A stretch of DNA of 64,000 nucleotides from Candidatus Aquivivens invisus (GCA_001804415.1 MHGA01000017.1:18390-82389), one strand, 5' to 3'. Counted from the first letter of the stretch, positions 47,117 through 56,791 are shown. Numbers and translations: made by a program. The notes: generated by a model from the letters alone, not told the origin.

Positions 47117-48079
47117 TTAGTAGATGACTTTGTTGAGCGGGTACTCGATGATGTCGCGCGCGCCGGCGGCTTTCAATTTCGGCACCAGCTCCTTCACCGA
47201 GCACTCGTCAATGACGACTTCAATCGCCCACCAGTCTTCGCCCGCGCCTTCTTTCCAGAGTTGCGAGACAGTCGGCCGTTTCATCGCCGGCAGGACGCTG
47301 ATCACCGTCTTCAGGTCGGCTTTGGAGACGTTGAGTTTCACCCCCACCTTGCCCTCGGCTTCGACCGCGCCGAGCAACAGCGTCTTCAGGCTCTCGATTT
47401 TCCGCCGCTTCCACGGATCCGCCAGCGCCTTCCGATTGGCGATGAACTGGGTGGTGGACTGGCAGATCGTCTCGATGATGCGCAGGCCGTTGGCGATCAG
47501 GGTCTGGCCCGTCTCGGTCAATTCCACCACGGCATCGACGAGGCCGGCGCGGACCTTGCCTTCCGTCGCCCCCCAGGAAAACTCGACCTTGGCGCGCACG
47601 CCGTGGGTGGCGAGATACGACTTGGTGACGTGGACCAGCTCCGTGGCAATGCGCTTGCCGTTGAGATCCGAGAGCGCGCGAATCGGCGAGGCCGCCGCCA
47701 CCGCCAGCACCCACCGGACGGGATGCGCGGTCCGCTTGGCATACCGGAGCTCCGCCACCCGCTGCACCTGCGAGCCGTTTTCCAGAATCCAGTCGTGGCC
47801 CGTGATCCCGCAATCGAGGAGGCCCCCCTCGACGTACCGCGACATCTCCTGGGCCCTCAGCAGCATGGGTTCGAGTTCCGGGTCATCGATGGACGGCATG
47901 TAGGAGCGCTCGCTGATGACGACCGAAAAGCCGGCTCGCCCGAAGAGCTTAGCGGTGGCCTCCTGGAGGCTGCCTTTGGGCAGGCCGATCTTCAGCTTCG
48001 TCGGGGAGCTCAAGGACGTGGAGCGTTTTGCGAACGCGGGTTTTGTCGCGCGTTCTCGAGTAGCGCTTTTTGCTTTCAT
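47117..48079 (-). CDS. hisG: ATP phosphoribosyltransferase, long form with C-terminal regulatory domain
   Basis: LKIGLPKGSLQEATAKLFGRAGF.. and GLVDAVVELTETGQTL. The true start is probably near LKIGLP; the ORF-track ATG adds about 27 aa. Confidence 0.75.
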   Translation of the reverse strand: MKAKSATRERATKPAFAKRSTSLSSPTKLKIGLPKGSLQEATAKLFGRAGFSVVISERSYMPSIDDPELEPMLLRAQEMSRYVEGGLLDCGITGHDWILENGSQVQRVAELRYAKRTAHPVRWVLAVAAASPIRALSDLNGKRIATELVHVTKSYLATHGVRAKVEFSWGATEGKVRAGLVDAVVELTETGQTLIANGLRIIETICQSTTQFIANRKALADPWKRRKIESLKTLLLGAVEAEGKVGVKLNVSKADLKTVISVLPAMKRPTVSQLWKEGAGEDWWAIEVVIDECSVKELVPKLKAAGARDIIEYPLNKVIY

Positions 48080-48159
48080 GGATGCGTGTTCTTGGATTGA
48101 TGGCCCAATGCTTGCGCGGCCGTTTCATCGACGTGATGAGGCGCCACGATTGTACCGTA

Positions 48160-48207
48160 GGTGCTGGGGGGGTGTCAACGAACTGTGCTCGTGGGTAGTG
48201 CATCAGT
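48160..48207. repeat. Palindrome-containing element, copy 1, with core TGCTCGTGGGTA, at the left edge of the lower-GC island
   Basis: gtcaacgaactgTGCTCGTGGGTAgtgcatcagtttgac has arms gtcaa..aactg / cagtttgac. Confidence 0.45.
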
Positions 48208-49051
48208 TTGACCTGAAGATTTTTTGAGCTACGAGGTCAAGCACATCCTCAAGCTCCCATAACTTATTCGTTACCCCTGCCGCCATCGCTGGCGTAACTC
48301 GTAGGCTCTTGTGAATCCTCACGAAGTTATAGTACATGAAGTGGAGGGCTACTGCCGCCTCTAGGTTCTGCACCTTCTTGGAGAAGGCGTTGGTCAGGCG
48401 GGTAAAACGCCTCATGCTCATCCGCATGGTCAGGTTTTGCCGCTCCGCGAAGCTCGTGGAGACGTGCCAGGGGTCCGGGTTTCCCTGAATCCTGGTTCCC
48501 TGGACCGCCAGGCATACCGCCGGGCTGTACCGGGTTTGCTCAGGCTTGGGATCGTTGCCGTAGATTTTAACGAGCATCGAATAGTCCACCTCAGAGCCAA
48601 ACGCCCCCTCTACCGCCTCGATATAGACCCGGAAGCCATCTGTCGTGATCTGCGGACGGTACTTGAGGCGGCTGGCGAGATCGCCCATGAACGCTTGGGC
48701 GGCGGTCAGGTTGCGCGGAGCCACAAGCCACGAGGGGACGAGCTTGGTATCCGCGCAGATCGCCGTCCAGGTCCACACGTCCCCATAGCCCCACTTGCCC
48801 AGCTTGTCCTTCGGGACATTCTTCTCTTTGGCGTAGCAGAAGGACCAGATTTCATCACATTGAAGGCGCTTACAGGAGAGGTTGCGGAGCGTTTCGTCCT
48901 GGTAGGCGGCACACGCTGTACCCGCGTCTAGAAGCAACTTGACGACCGTATTGAATGACACGTCACCCATCCGGGCGGTGGCGCGCATGGAGTTGCCTTC
49001 GACGAGGGCTTGGAGAATGGTGGTTTGTCGTTCCATATCTAGCCTGTTCAT
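48203..49051 (-). CDS. IS1-family transposase (HTH + DDE)
   Basis: CDEIWSFCYAKEKN..WTWTAICADTKLV..ITTDGFRVY..SFAERQNLTMRMSMRRFTRLTNAFSKK..HFMYYNFVRIHKSL follows the IS1 InsB motif order DE..W.W.A.D / TDG..Y / IER.N...R..RL.R.T..FSK / YNF.R.H. Confidence 0.7.
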   Translation of the reverse strand: MNRLDMERQTTILQALVEGNSMRATARMGDVSFNTVVKLLLDAGTACAAYQDETLRNLSCKRLQCDEIWSFCYAKEKNVPKDKLGKWGYGDVWTWTAICADTKLVPSWLVAPRNLTAAQAFMGDLASRLKYRPQITTDGFRVYIEAVEGAFGSEVDYSMLVKIYGNDPKPEQTRYSPAVCLAVQGTRIQGNPDPWHVSTSFAERQNLTMRMSMRRFTRLTNAFSKKVQNLEAAVALHFMYYNFVRIHKSLRVTPAMAAGVTNKLWELEDVLDLVAQKIFRSN

Positions 49052-49107
49052 ACACCTAGTATACTTGAGCGCTCAAGCATAAGTCAACAAAAAAGATTCA
49101 CCCCACA
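48203..49107. mobile_element. IS1-family insertion sequence (ends approximate)
   Basis: Single-ORF IS1 transposase plus imperfect terminal inverted repeats: TGAAGATTTTTTGAGCT at ~48209-48225 and its partner, the reverse complement of 49087-49104 (TGAATCTTTTTTGTTGACT). Local GC is ~56%. Confidence 0.55.
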
Positions 49108-49177
49108 TTATTCTCTCAACTTGCTTGCTGACTCACGGTCTCTTAACGCCTTACTCTTATCCTTACAGGTGGCGTCG

Positions 49178-50221
49178 TCACGAAGCCCCTTCGTGGCTTT
49201 TCCCGTTCGGCTTGCTCGATCCAGCCGCTTCAGGCTTTCCTGCAGCATCCGGCTGAATACCGCCGCCGTCAGCTTGTTCTCTGACATTGCTGTCCTCCTT
49301 TTCCAGTTCCGCATCCTCTTTGACAGTAGCCCCCAGGTCAACCACCAGGGGTTCCGCTGACGCTCTGACGATTCGTCCCTGAATTTCATCCACCAATGCC
49401 TGTTCAGCTGGGTCAAGGGCAGAGACCGACTTGAATAGTTCGGCGGCTTCCGCTGCATCAATCACGAAACCGTGTGAGGGATAATCATTAATCAACCGCT
49501 CAAGTGCTCCGGTCTTTAAATTCCCTTTCTCCAAACGGTCGCCGTACGCTTTAGCAATCGTCATCTGACGCTCAATCTCCCCAACGCGATAAGGATCAAT
49601 CTGGGCAGCCACAGGAGTGAAGATGCCGCTCACCAACTGGCTGGAAATATCTGACGCCGTCTTGGTCGAGATCGCCCGACCGCTCTTAGTCACCAATTCC
49701 AGCATATAGGTTTCAAAGCTCTTGAAGGCGTGGGTCGTAACTGTCGTCAATGCCTGCAGCGTGTCCAGCCCAGATTCCATGTTGAAAATCTCATCGGGCT
49801 TGTTGATCTGAATGTCGAGCGGACCCAATTCGCCGTAGTCGCCAAACGCGAGGTGGTTGGAGCCGACGGCAAGCAACGTACCAGCGCTCTTGCACGGTCC
49901 CGCCACTAACAAGCGGATTTTTTCATACGAGCGCTGCAGCCAACGGGCAAGACGATATGCCCCATGCGCGTCTCCACCATGCGTTGTCAGGAAGAGAGAC
50001 ACGTTGGTCCGCTTCGCCTTGCCTTTGGCAGCGATTTTGCGACACAACTGGTCAACTCCGCTGTCCTCAATGGGACCACTGTAGACGTACAGGTCGGACT
50101 GAAACTCTTCAAGCAGCGCGTTGACTTGCTTGGAACAGCGGTATTTTGGCGATCTCTTCTTGGCGGGAGTTGTCATCGAGAATGCTACCTCAGCGGGTTT
50201 TGGCTTTCTTCCACCTGGCAT
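49178..50221 (-). CDS. ClpP-fold serine peptidase of the SDH/S49-like family
   Basis: LFLTTHGGDAHGAYRLARWL and VAGPCKSAGTLLAVGSNHLAFGDYGELGPLD follow the Ser-nucleophile-elbow pattern of S49/SDH ClpP-fold peptidases. The low-complexity C-terminus is uncertain. Confidence 0.5.
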   Translation of the reverse strand: MPGGRKPKPAEVAFSMTTPAKKRSPKYRCSKQVNALLEEFQSDLYVYSGPIEDSGVDQLCRKIAAKGKAKRTNVSLFLTTHGGDAHGAYRLARWLQRSYEKIRLLVAGPCKSAGTLLAVGSNHLAFGDYGELGPLDIQINKPDEIFNMESGLDTLQALTTVTTHAFKSFETYMLELVTKSGRAISTKTASDISSQLVSGIFTPVAAQIDPYRVGEIERQMTIAKAYGDRLEKGNLKTGALERLINDYPSHGFVIDAAEAAELFKSVSALDPAEQALVDEIQGRIVRASAEPLVVDLGATVKEDAELEKEDSNVREQADGGGIQPDAAGKPEAAGSSKPNGKSHEGAS

Positions 50222-50417
50222 ACGCGGCGCTTTGCGCGATCCTACTTCGTGCTTCGGCTGACAGCTTTGCCGCTCTTGCAGGTCCGCCCTTCATCCCACC
50301 CTTTTTACCTAGATAAACGGCGGCGGCATCCTTACCGTCGGTAGAAACCTCAGCGATCCACTTCGCTAACTGGTTGAGGTCCTTTGGTAGACCACGTTTG
50401 CTTGAGCGCTTTGGCAT
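50190..50417 (-). CDS. Small basic protein, possibly DNA-binding
   Basis: MPKRSSKRGLPKDLNQLAKWIAEV..KKGGMKGGPARAAKLSAEARSRIAQSAAYARWKKAKTR. The GG..ARA..LS.E.RS.IA..AA.ARW tail is a recurrent basic helix motif whose family I could not name. The stop overlaps the protease start. Confidence 0.35.
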   Translation of the reverse strand: MPKRSSKRGLPKDLNQLAKWIAEVSTDGKDAAAVYLGKKGGMKGGPARAAKLSAEARSRIAQSAAYARWKKAKTR

Positions 50418-50625
50418 ACGGATAGTATGCCATAACATACGGAAAGGTCAACTAGCGATTTGAAAGAATATGTCCAGAGTGATTCAGATCAATACGGATT
50501 TGGGGTCTATCAGAGAGTAGCGCCGACAATAACAAGAGAAGAAGGACCGTTAAGATCGCGTTGACGATGAATGTCCGATACGAGCACTTCGGCCATCGCA
50601 TGGGAAGCTATTATAACACGCTCCG

Positions 50626-50672
50626 TCAAACTGACGCACTACCTGCTCGTGGGTACTGGTCAAGTTTGACAG
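50626..50672. repeat. Palindrome-containing element, copy 2, with core TGCTCGTGGGTA, at the right edge of the lower-GC island
   Basis: gtcaaactgacgcactaccTGCTCGTGGGTActggtcaagtttgac has arms gtcaaactgac / gtcaagtttgac. Confidence 0.45.
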
Positions 50673-50778
50673 GGCCTGTCGCTGCGCCATCCCGCCGTCC
50701 GTCCTCGGCGACGGGCGGCTGTACAGCCGCGCTCGTCACCTGCGGGCGGGCGGCGGGAGCCCTGGCTCCGCGCCCCCC

Positions 50779-50810
50779 GTCAAACTTGACCACCACCTGC
50801 TCGTGTGCTC
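50779..50810. repeat. Third, degenerate copy of the same element
   Basis: gtcaaacttgaccaccaccTGCTCGTGtgctcg. Confidence 0.35.
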
Positions 50811-50851
50811 GCCCGCTTGCGGCGGCTCGATAGATGCGTTACGATACCCGC

Positions 50852-52450
50852 ATGTTCCGCCAGTTGCTGAGGCTGAAAAAACGCCAGGTGATCGTCCTCT
50901 GGCTGCTCGTGCTCGTCTTTGTCCTGCCCTTCATCCTGTTCTTCCACGCCGGGGCCCTCAGCCCCTCGCATGGACCCGGCGGAGCGGCCGGCGAGATCTT
51001 TGGACGCAAGATCCCGTGGGACGTCTTCCAAGAGGAGTCCCGCCTTCTCCGGATGGAGCTCCAAGCCCGATTCGGGAGCATCCCGGTGGGCCTTGAGGAG
51101 GCCTTGCGCCAGCAGACCTGGGAGCGGCTGATCCTGAAAGAAGAAGCCCGGCGGACCCAACGGGTCAGCGACGAGGAGGTCGCCGCGGCCGTCCGCCGGC
51201 ATCCGCAATTCCAACAGGGCGACCGATTCCTGCCGGAGCTCTACTTCCAATTTACGCGCGCCTTGGGCATCACCCCGCAGGCCTTTGAAGCGCGGGTGCG
51301 CGACGAGCTGCGGACGGCCAAGCTGCTCGAGCAGGTCGTCGCCGAAGTGGTCGTCAGCGAGGAGGAGCTGCGCCGGGCGTATGCGCAGCGGCACGAGCGC
51401 ATCCGTGTGGCTTTCGTCGTCATCACCCCGACCGACTTCGAATCGGCCATCCGAAGCGCCGTCACCGATGAGGAAGCCCGCGCCTACTTCGCGAAGCAGG
51501 CTGAGGCGTTTCGGCGTCCTGCGCAGCGCACCATCGACTACGTGGGGATGACGGCTGAGGACGCCCTCGCAACGACCGGAGGCGTGCCTGACGAGGACAT
51601 GCAACGGCACTACGAGCTGTATCAGGAGGAATTCACGCGCGACGATGGGACCGTTCGACCGCTCGAGGAGGCCCGTGTCGACATCCTGAATCGCCTCGTC
51701 CTCAAGCGGGCGCAGGCCCGCCTCACGGATCTGGCGCTCGATCTAGGAGCTGACCAACGTGACGGCCTGACCTTCGAGGCGATGGCTTCCAAACGCGAGC
51801 TTGCGCCGAAGACCGTCGGGCCGCTGGCGCAAGGCGCCCCGGAACTTCCCGACGGACTCACCGCGTCCATGCTCGAAGCCGCCTTCGCCGTCCCGGTGGG
51901 CCAGATGACGGAGGTGCTCGAACATCCCAGCGGGGTCTTCGTCCTCCGTCCCACGGATGAACAGCCTTCAACCATCCCGGCGTTTGACGGCATCAAGGCA
52001 GCGCTCATTGCGCGAATGGTCCTGGAACGGTCCCGCGAGCAGGCGCGCGCCCGTGCCGAGCAGCTTCGCGCCTCGTTTGTGACCAAACGATCCGAGGGCC
52101 TCACCTTCGATGAGACGTGCGCCACACTCGGTGTGGCTCCTCAGCGAAGCGACCCTCTCACGCGGCACGATCCTCTTGGCCCGCTGGGGGTCGTTCCTCA
52201 CGTCACCGACGGGCTGTTTGCTCTTGAGCCCGGGCAGCTCTCTGAGATCTCGGAAGGTCCCCAAGGGGACGCGATGATCGCCGTGGTGGAGGAGCGGATC
52301 CCGTTTGATGAGACGCAGTTTGAGGAAGCCCGCGAGGCGTTTCGAGCAACACGCTTAGAAGCCAAGCGGCAGGAACACGTGGCGGCGTGGCTGGCAACCC
52401 TTCGAGACCAAGCCCGTCTCAAGACCTTCCCCGAGATCCCACCCGATTAA
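50852..52450 (+). CDS. SurA-N-terminal-domain / PpiD-like periplasmic chaperone
   Basis: N-terminal TM anchor VIVLWLLVLVFVLPFILFF followed by a long helical chaperone-like region. There is no clear parvulin signature, so the assignment is tentative. Confidence 0.45.
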   Translation: MFRQLLRLKKRQVIVLWLLVLVFVLPFILFFHAGALSPSHGPGGAAGEIFGRKIPWDVFQEESRLLRMELQARFGSIPVGLEEALRQQTWERLILKEEARRTQRVSDEEVAAAVRRHPQFQQGDRFLPELYFQFTRALGITPQAFEARVRDELRTAKLLEQVVAEVVVSEEELRRAYAQRHERIRVAFVVITPTDFESAIRSAVTDEEARAYFAKQAEAFRRPAQRTIDYVGMTAEDALATTGGVPDEDMQRHYELYQEEFTRDDGTVRPLEEARVDILNRLVLKRAQARLTDLALDLGADQRDGLTFEAMASKRELAPKTVGPLAQGAPELPDGLTASMLEAAFAVPVGQMTEVLEHPSGVFVLRPTDEQPSTIPAFDGIKAALIARMVLERSREQARARAEQLRASFVTKRSEGLTFDETCATLGVAPQRSDPLTRHDPLGPLGVVPHVTDGLFALEPGQLSEISEGPQGDAMIAVVEERIPFDETQFEEAREAFRATRLEAKRQEHVAAWLATLRDQARLKTFPEIPPD

Positions 52451-52455
52451 GCCGG

Positions 52456-52836
52456 TCACTCCGGGGCGTCGACGAGCGAGAGCACCGTCGACCAGGTCGA
52501 TTCCGAAAGGTCAAACGGCTTGGTCACGTAGGCCTCCACCCCGAGCGCTCTGGCTTGACTCCGAAGGTGGTCATCCGCCAGCGCCGAGATCACGACGACC
52601 AGCGCCGTGGGATACAGCTGTTTGGCCTGCTTGACCACCTCCAGCCCGTGAATGCCTGGCAAGAGGATGTCGATGAGGGCGACATCGATCGGGCCTTCCT
52701 TCAGGCAGGTCAAGGCCTCCTCTCCGCTGTGCGCGACGCGAATGACGAAGCCCCGCAGGCGGAAAAATTCTGCCAGAGCCTGGCAGATCCGCTGCTCATC
52801 ATCCACGATCAGCATCCGGCGGGTCGGTGCGGGCAT
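52456..52836 (-). CDS. Single-domain response-regulator receiver (CheY-like)
   Basis: MLIVDDEQRICQAL..DVALIDILLPGIHGLEVVKQ..VVVISA..KPF carries an acidic pocket, a phospho-acceptor Asp and a conserved Lys. Confidence 0.7.
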   Translation of the reverse strand: MPAPTRRMLIVDDEQRICQALAEFFRLRGFVIRVAHSGEEALTCLKEGPIDVALIDILLPGIHGLEVVKQAKQLYPTALVVVISALADDHLRSQARALGVEAYVTKPFDLSESTWSTVLSLVDAPE

Positions 52837-52838
52837 CG

Positions 52839-53309
52839 TCAGCCTCCCGGGTTGGTTTGTTTGGCCAAGACGTCTTTCAGCTCGCGCATAAACTGCTCCA
52901 CATCCTTGAACTCGCGATAGACCGACGCAAACCGCACATAGGCCACCGGATCGACGTCGTGGAGACGGCGCATCACGCGCTCGCCGATCTCTTGCGAGGG
53001 CACCTCGTGCTCGAAGGTGCGGGAGAGGTCCCGTTCGATCTCGTCGGCCAGATCTTCCAATTGATCCATGCTCACGGGACGCTTCTCGCACGCCTTGACG
53101 AAACCCGCCAGCAACTTGTTGCGATCGAAGGGCTCGCGGCGCCCGTCTTTCTTGATCACCATCAGGCGCTGCTCCTCGAGGTGCTCGTAGGTGGTAAACC
53201 GCTTCCCGCAGGACAGGCACTCCCGCCGGCGGCGGATCGCCTGGCCGTCCGCGCTCGTCCGAGAATCCACCACCTTGTGGTCGGGATGACCGCAGAAGGG
53301 ACACGTCAT
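52839..53309 (-). CDS. nrdR: Transcriptional repressor NrdR (zinc ribbon + ATP-cone)
   Basis: [33 protein letters not shown] plus the ATP-cone [20 protein letters not shown]. Confidence 0.85.
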   Translation of the reverse strand: MTCPFCGHPDHKVVDSRTSADGQAIRRRRECLSCGKRFTTYEHLEEQRLMVIKKDGRREPFDRNKLLAGFVKACEKRPVSMDQLEDLADEIERDLSRTFEHEVPSQEIGERVMRRLHDVDPVAYVRFASVYREFKDVEQFMRELKDVLAKQTNPGG

Positions 53310-54556
53310 CAGCGACGAAGTTCGGGATAGAGGGGAAACTGCTCCACGAGGTCGTGGACCTGTTCGCGCACGCGGGCGAGGGCCTGCGCCTCCACGCGGT
53401 GCGCGAGCGCCTCGTCGATGAGCTGGGCGATGCGGATCATCTCGCCTTCCCGCATCCCCCGCGTCGTCACCGCGGGGGTGCCCAGGCGAATGCCGCTGGC
53501 CTTCAAGGGAGGGAGCGGATCAAAGGGAATGGCGTTTTTGTTCACGGTGATCCTGGCCTGATCCAGCGTTTCCTGGGCCTCCTTGCCCGTCAAGTGTTTC
53601 GGGGTCAGATCGACGAGGAGTAGATGGTTGTCGGTCCCTCCGGAGACGATGCGATAGCCCCGCTGGCTCATCGCGGCGGCCAGGGCTTGCGCGTTGGCGA
53701 CGATCTGCCGCGCGTACGCCTTGAAGGCATCGGTCGATGCTTCTTTGAAGCAGACGGCTTTCGCCGCGACGACATGCATCAACGGCCCGCCTTGGATGCC
53801 CGGGAAGACCGCGGAGTCGATGGCTTTGGCATGGGCGGCTTTGCAGAGGATAAACCCGCCGCGAGGCCCCCGTAGGGTCTTGTGGGTCGTCGAGGTGACC
53901 AGGTCCGCATGCGGTGTGGGATTGGGATACACGCCGGCGGCGGCGAGTCCCGCGAAGTGGGCCATATCCACGAGGAGCAACGCCCCCACCGCGTCTGCGA
54001 TCTGGCGGAAGCGCGCGAAGTCGAGCACGCGCGGGTAGGCGGAGTAGCCGGCGAGAATCATCTTCGGCTTGTGCTCGCGCGCCAGCGCGTCGAGCTCGTC
54101 GTACTCGAGCTGTTCGGTCGTCTTGTTGACGCCGTACGGGATGATGGTGAAATATTTTCCGGAAAAATTCTTCGGGTGGCCGTGCGACAGGTGTCCCCCG
54201 TGGGCGAGACTCATCGCGAGGATCGCATCACCCGCCTGCAAGGTGGCGTAGAACACCGCGATATTGGCTTCGGTGCCTGAGTGCGGTTGGACGTTGGCGT
54301 GCTCCGCGCCGAAGAGCGCTTTGACCCGATCGATCGCCAGCCGTTCCGCCACGTCCACGAATTCGCAGCCCCCATACCAGCGGGCGCCTGGATAGCCCTC
54401 GGCGTATTTGTTCGTCAGCACGGAGCCTTGCGCTTCCAGCACCGCAGGGCTTGTGAAGTTCTCCGAGGCGATGAGCTCTAGATGCTCGTGCTGCCGTTGC
54501 AGCTCCTTTTGAATCGCGTCGTCAATCTCCGGATCAACCCGTCTGAGCGCGTCCAT
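53309..54556 (-). CDS. glyA: Serine hydroxymethyltransferase
   Basis: [39 protein letters not shown] and the [15 protein letters not shown]-lysine motif. Confidence 0.9.
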   Translation of the reverse strand: MDALRRVDPEIDDAIQKELQRQHEHLELIASENFTSPAVLEAQGSVLTNKYAEGYPGARWYGGCEFVDVAERLAIDRVKALFGAEHANVQPHSGTEANIAVFYATLQAGDAILAMSLAHGGHLSHGHPKNFSGKYFTIIPYGVNKTTEQLEYDELDALAREHKPKMILAGYSAYPRVLDFARFRQIADAVGALLLVDMAHFAGLAAAGVYPNPTPHADLVTSTTHKTLRGPRGGFILCKAAHAKAIDSAVFPGIQGGPLMHVVAAKAVCFKEASTDAFKAYARQIVANAQALAAAMSQRGYRIVSGGTDNHLLLVDLTPKHLTGKEAQETLDQARITVNKNAIPFDPLPPLKASGIRLGTPAVTTRGMREGEMIRIAQLIDEALAHRVEAQALARVREQVHDLVEQFPLYPELRR

Positions 54557-54564
54557 GCCCTTCC

Positions 54565-55053
54565 TTATTGTCGTCTCCTGTCTCCTGTCTCATGTCTCTT
54601 GAGTCTTCGCTCGATGGCCGCGAGCTGCTTCACGCGACGCTCGTGGCGTCCGCCGGCTTCAAACGGGGTCGCGAACCACGCCCGCACGATCCGCTTCGCG
54701 TGCGCCAGCGGTAGGCGTTCGGCCCCCAAGACGAGGACGTTCGCGTCGTTGTGCGCGCGGCTGCGCTGCGCGTCGAACACCGTCTGGCATGCGCCCGCGC
54801 GGATGCCGGGAACCTTGTTCGCGACCATCGCAATCCCGATCCCAGACTTGCATAACAGCACCCCCCGATCGAATCGACCGCCGGCAACCGCCTGCGCGAC
54901 CTTGAAGCCGATGGCGGGATAGTCGCAGGGTTCAGGGGAATGCGTCCCCAGATCCGCCACTTCGCAGCCGAGGGCGCTCAACACGGGGATCAACGTGGCT
55001 TTCAACGCAAACCCGCCATGGTCGGCTCCGATCGCCACCCGCAGCGGCCTCAT
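54565..55053 (-). CDS. rpiB: Ribose-5-phosphate isomerase B
   Basis: [30 protein letters not shown]. Confidence 0.75.
   Translation of the reverse strand: MRPLRVAIGADHGGFALKATLIPVLSALGCEVADLGTHSPEPCDYPAIGFKVAQAVAGGRFDRGVLLCKSGIGIAMVANKVPGIRAGACQTVFDAQRSRAHNDANVLVLGAERLPLAHAKRIVRAWFATPFEAGGRHERRVKQLAAIERRLKRHETGDRRRQ
54566..54607. repeat. GTCTCNT heptamer tandem repeat overlapping the rpiB 3' end and stop
   Basis: gtctcct gtctcct gtctcat gtctctt gagtctt. On the minus strand it encodes ..HETGDRRRQ*. Confidence 0.55.
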
Positions 55054-55076
55054 CTGAAGACGCGGCGCGTGGCCCA

Positions 55077-55565
55077 TCACGAGGATGCCCCTCGCACGAG
55101 CTGGTTGATGAGCTGTTCCACGCCCTGCCGGATCGTTTCGAAACAGGCCTCGTAGACTTCGCGAGGCTTGCCGATGGGATCAGGGACATCGACGTCTGGT
55201 CCGTCCGGGTCCGCCGATCGGCCCACGGATGTCAAGAGGGTTACTTTGGCCTTCGCCTCCGGCACGCGCCGCAGGATCTCGTCCCTGTGGAAGCGCTCCA
55301 TCACGACGACCAAGTCGGCGTGACGGAGCATCTCATCCGTCAGCATCCTCGACATATGGCTCGAGAAATCCTCGCCTTCGCGCTGGAGCATGGCGAGGGT
55401 GTCCTTCGTCGGGGACATCCCCTCGATGGCAAAGACGCCGGCCGAACTGACCTCGATCGGCTCGCGCAGACGGAACTCCAGTTGTCTCAACCGATGCTGC
55501 AGCAGCCCCTGGGCCATCACGCTGCGACAACTGTTGCCGGTGCACACAAACAGCACGCGTTTCAT
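55077..55565 (-). CDS. Low-molecular-weight protein-tyrosine phosphatase / arsenate-reductase-like
   Basis: MKRVLFVCTGNSCRSVMAQG is the CX5R P-loop, and DPIG is the DPYY-type loop. Confidence 0.75.
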   Translation of the reverse strand: MKRVLFVCTGNSCRSVMAQGLLQHRLRQLEFRLREPIEVSSAGVFAIEGMSPTKDTLAMLQREGEDFSSHMSRMLTDEMLRHADLVVVMERFHRDEILRRVPEAKAKVTLLTSVGRSADPDGPDVDVPDPIGKPREVYEACFETIRQGVEQLINQLVRGASS

Positions 55566-55569
55566 AACA

Positions 55570-55660
55570 GTGACAGGTGACAGGTGACAGGTGACAGGTC
55601 AAGACCTTTCATTAGGAACCGTTGTTTGTCGCTTGTCACTTGTCACTTGTCGCTTGTCAC
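55570..55660. repeat. Heptamer-repeat hairpin: (GTGACAG)x4 arm, 25-nt spacer, TTGTCGC-TTGTCAC-TTGTCAC-TTGTCGC-TTGTCAC arm
   Basis: Direct reading. The right arm supplies the C-terminal ..DVTSDK* and the stop of tsaC. Confidence 0.65.
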
Positions 55661-56263
55661 GTCTTTCACCGTGGCTCTCAGGACCGCTTCGGGAATCGCC
55701 CCGTCACGCAACACGGTCAGCGTTCCACCGACGACGGAGACGACCGTGGACTCCCGTCCCAGCGGCGTCGGACCGGCATCCAGGAGGTAGTCATAGGATC
55801 CCTGCAAGGCTTCGGCCACCTCCTTCCCATCCGTCGGAGGGGGCGACCCGGATCGGTTGGCGCTCGGCGCCACCACCGCGCGGGCGCAGCATCGCAGGAA
55901 CGCCAACGCCACCGGGTGGCTGGGCAACCGGAAGCCGACGGTGCCTCCGCCTTTCGACGGCATCACAATCGTCAACGGACCGGGCCAGAAGCGTTTCATG
56001 AGGCGCTCGGCCGCCGGCGGAATGTCGTCAACGAACTGGAGGACCTGTGCGGCGTCGTAGAGATGGAGTGAGTACGGTTTCTCCGGCGGGCGGCCTTTCA
56101 CCTGGTTGAGCCGCGCAATCGCCTGCGGGTTCGTCGCATCCGCGCCGAGCCCGTAGACCGTCTCGGTCGGGAACGCCACCAGCCCTCCGGCGCACAGCCG
56201 TCGCGCGGCTTCGGCGATCAGCTCAGGCTGCGGGGCGCTCGGATGCCTGGGCACTGCCGTCAC
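55643..56263 (-). CDS. tsaC: L-threonylcarbamoyladenylate synthase (TsaC/YrdC)
   Basis: GGLVAFPTETVYGLGADA and VVAPSANRSG are YrdC/Sua5 motifs. Confidence 0.75.
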   Translation of the reverse strand: MTAVPRHPSAPQPELIAEAARRLCAGGLVAFPTETVYGLGADATNPQAIARLNQVKGRPPEKPYSLHLYDAAQVLQFVDDIPPAAERLMKRFWPGPLTIVMPSKGGGTVGFRLPSHPVALAFLRCCARAVVAPSANRSGSPPPTDGKEVAEALQGSYDYLLDAGPTPLGRESTVVSVVGGTLTVLRDGAIPEAVLRATVKDVTSDK

Positions 56264-56769
56264 GACCGCCCCCGCAGTGTGGCCTGTAACATTCGGTCAG
56301 CCTTCAGATTCTTCGCCGTCAACCGGTGTTTATACGCCGCCAGTTTCCGCTGCAAGGCGCGATCGTGGATGGCGAGCGTTTGAATCGCCAAGAGCGCGGC
56401 GTTGGTGGCATTGCCGATCGCCACCGTCGCCACGGGCACCCCGGTGGGCATTTGCACCATCGACAGCAAGCTATCCAGTCCCTTGAGCGACTTCGTCTCG
56501 ATGGGCACCGCGATCACCGGCAGGGTCGTGTGGGCCGCGACGACACCTCCCAGATGGGCCGCGCCTCCCGCTCCCGCGATGAACACGCGAATGCCTCGCC
56601 TCGGAGCGCCTTCGACATAGCGACGCAAGGGCCCGGGGCTTCGGTGCGCGGAGAGGACTCGCACCTCGTGCGGCACGCCGAAATCCTTCAGCACCTTCGA
56701 GGCGGCCTCCAACGCCGGCCAATCCGACTCGGAGCCCATCACAATACTCACGACGGGTTGTTTCATCAA
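56260..56769 (-). CDS. purE: N5-carboxyaminoimidazole ribonucleotide mutase
   Basis: [28 protein letters not shown]. Confidence 0.85.
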   Translation of the reverse strand: MMKQPVVSIVMGSESDWPALEAASKVLKDFGVPHEVRVLSAHRSPGPLRRYVEGAPRRGIRVFIAGAGGAAHLGGVVAAHTTLPVIAVPIETKSLKGLDSLLSMVQMPTGVPVATVAIGNATNAALLAIQTLAIHDRALQRKLAAYKHRLTAKNLKADRMLQATLRGRS

Positions 56770-56791
56770 TGCGCGTCCTTCGTCAGTCCAT

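Noticed and set aside
49108-49461. 117-aa minus-strand ORF overlapping the 3' end of the ClpP-fold peptidase gene in another frame
   Set aside because: It is an alternative frame of the same DNA. The peptidase frame is continuous from the catalytic region and is preferred. The true C-terminus of the peptidase remains uncertain.
48160-50675. Integron attC sites flanking the peptidase cassette
   Set aside because: The palindromic elements start with GTCAAAC and end with GTTTGAC, which do not fit the RYYYAAC / GTTRRRY core sites. No integron integrase is present.
52456-53304. 282-aa ORF spanning the receiver gene and nrdR
   Set aside because: Its C-terminal 126 aa are the bona fide receiver domain. 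Its N-terminal part is an out-of-frame read-through across nrdR, which is independently well supported in its own frame (52839..53309).
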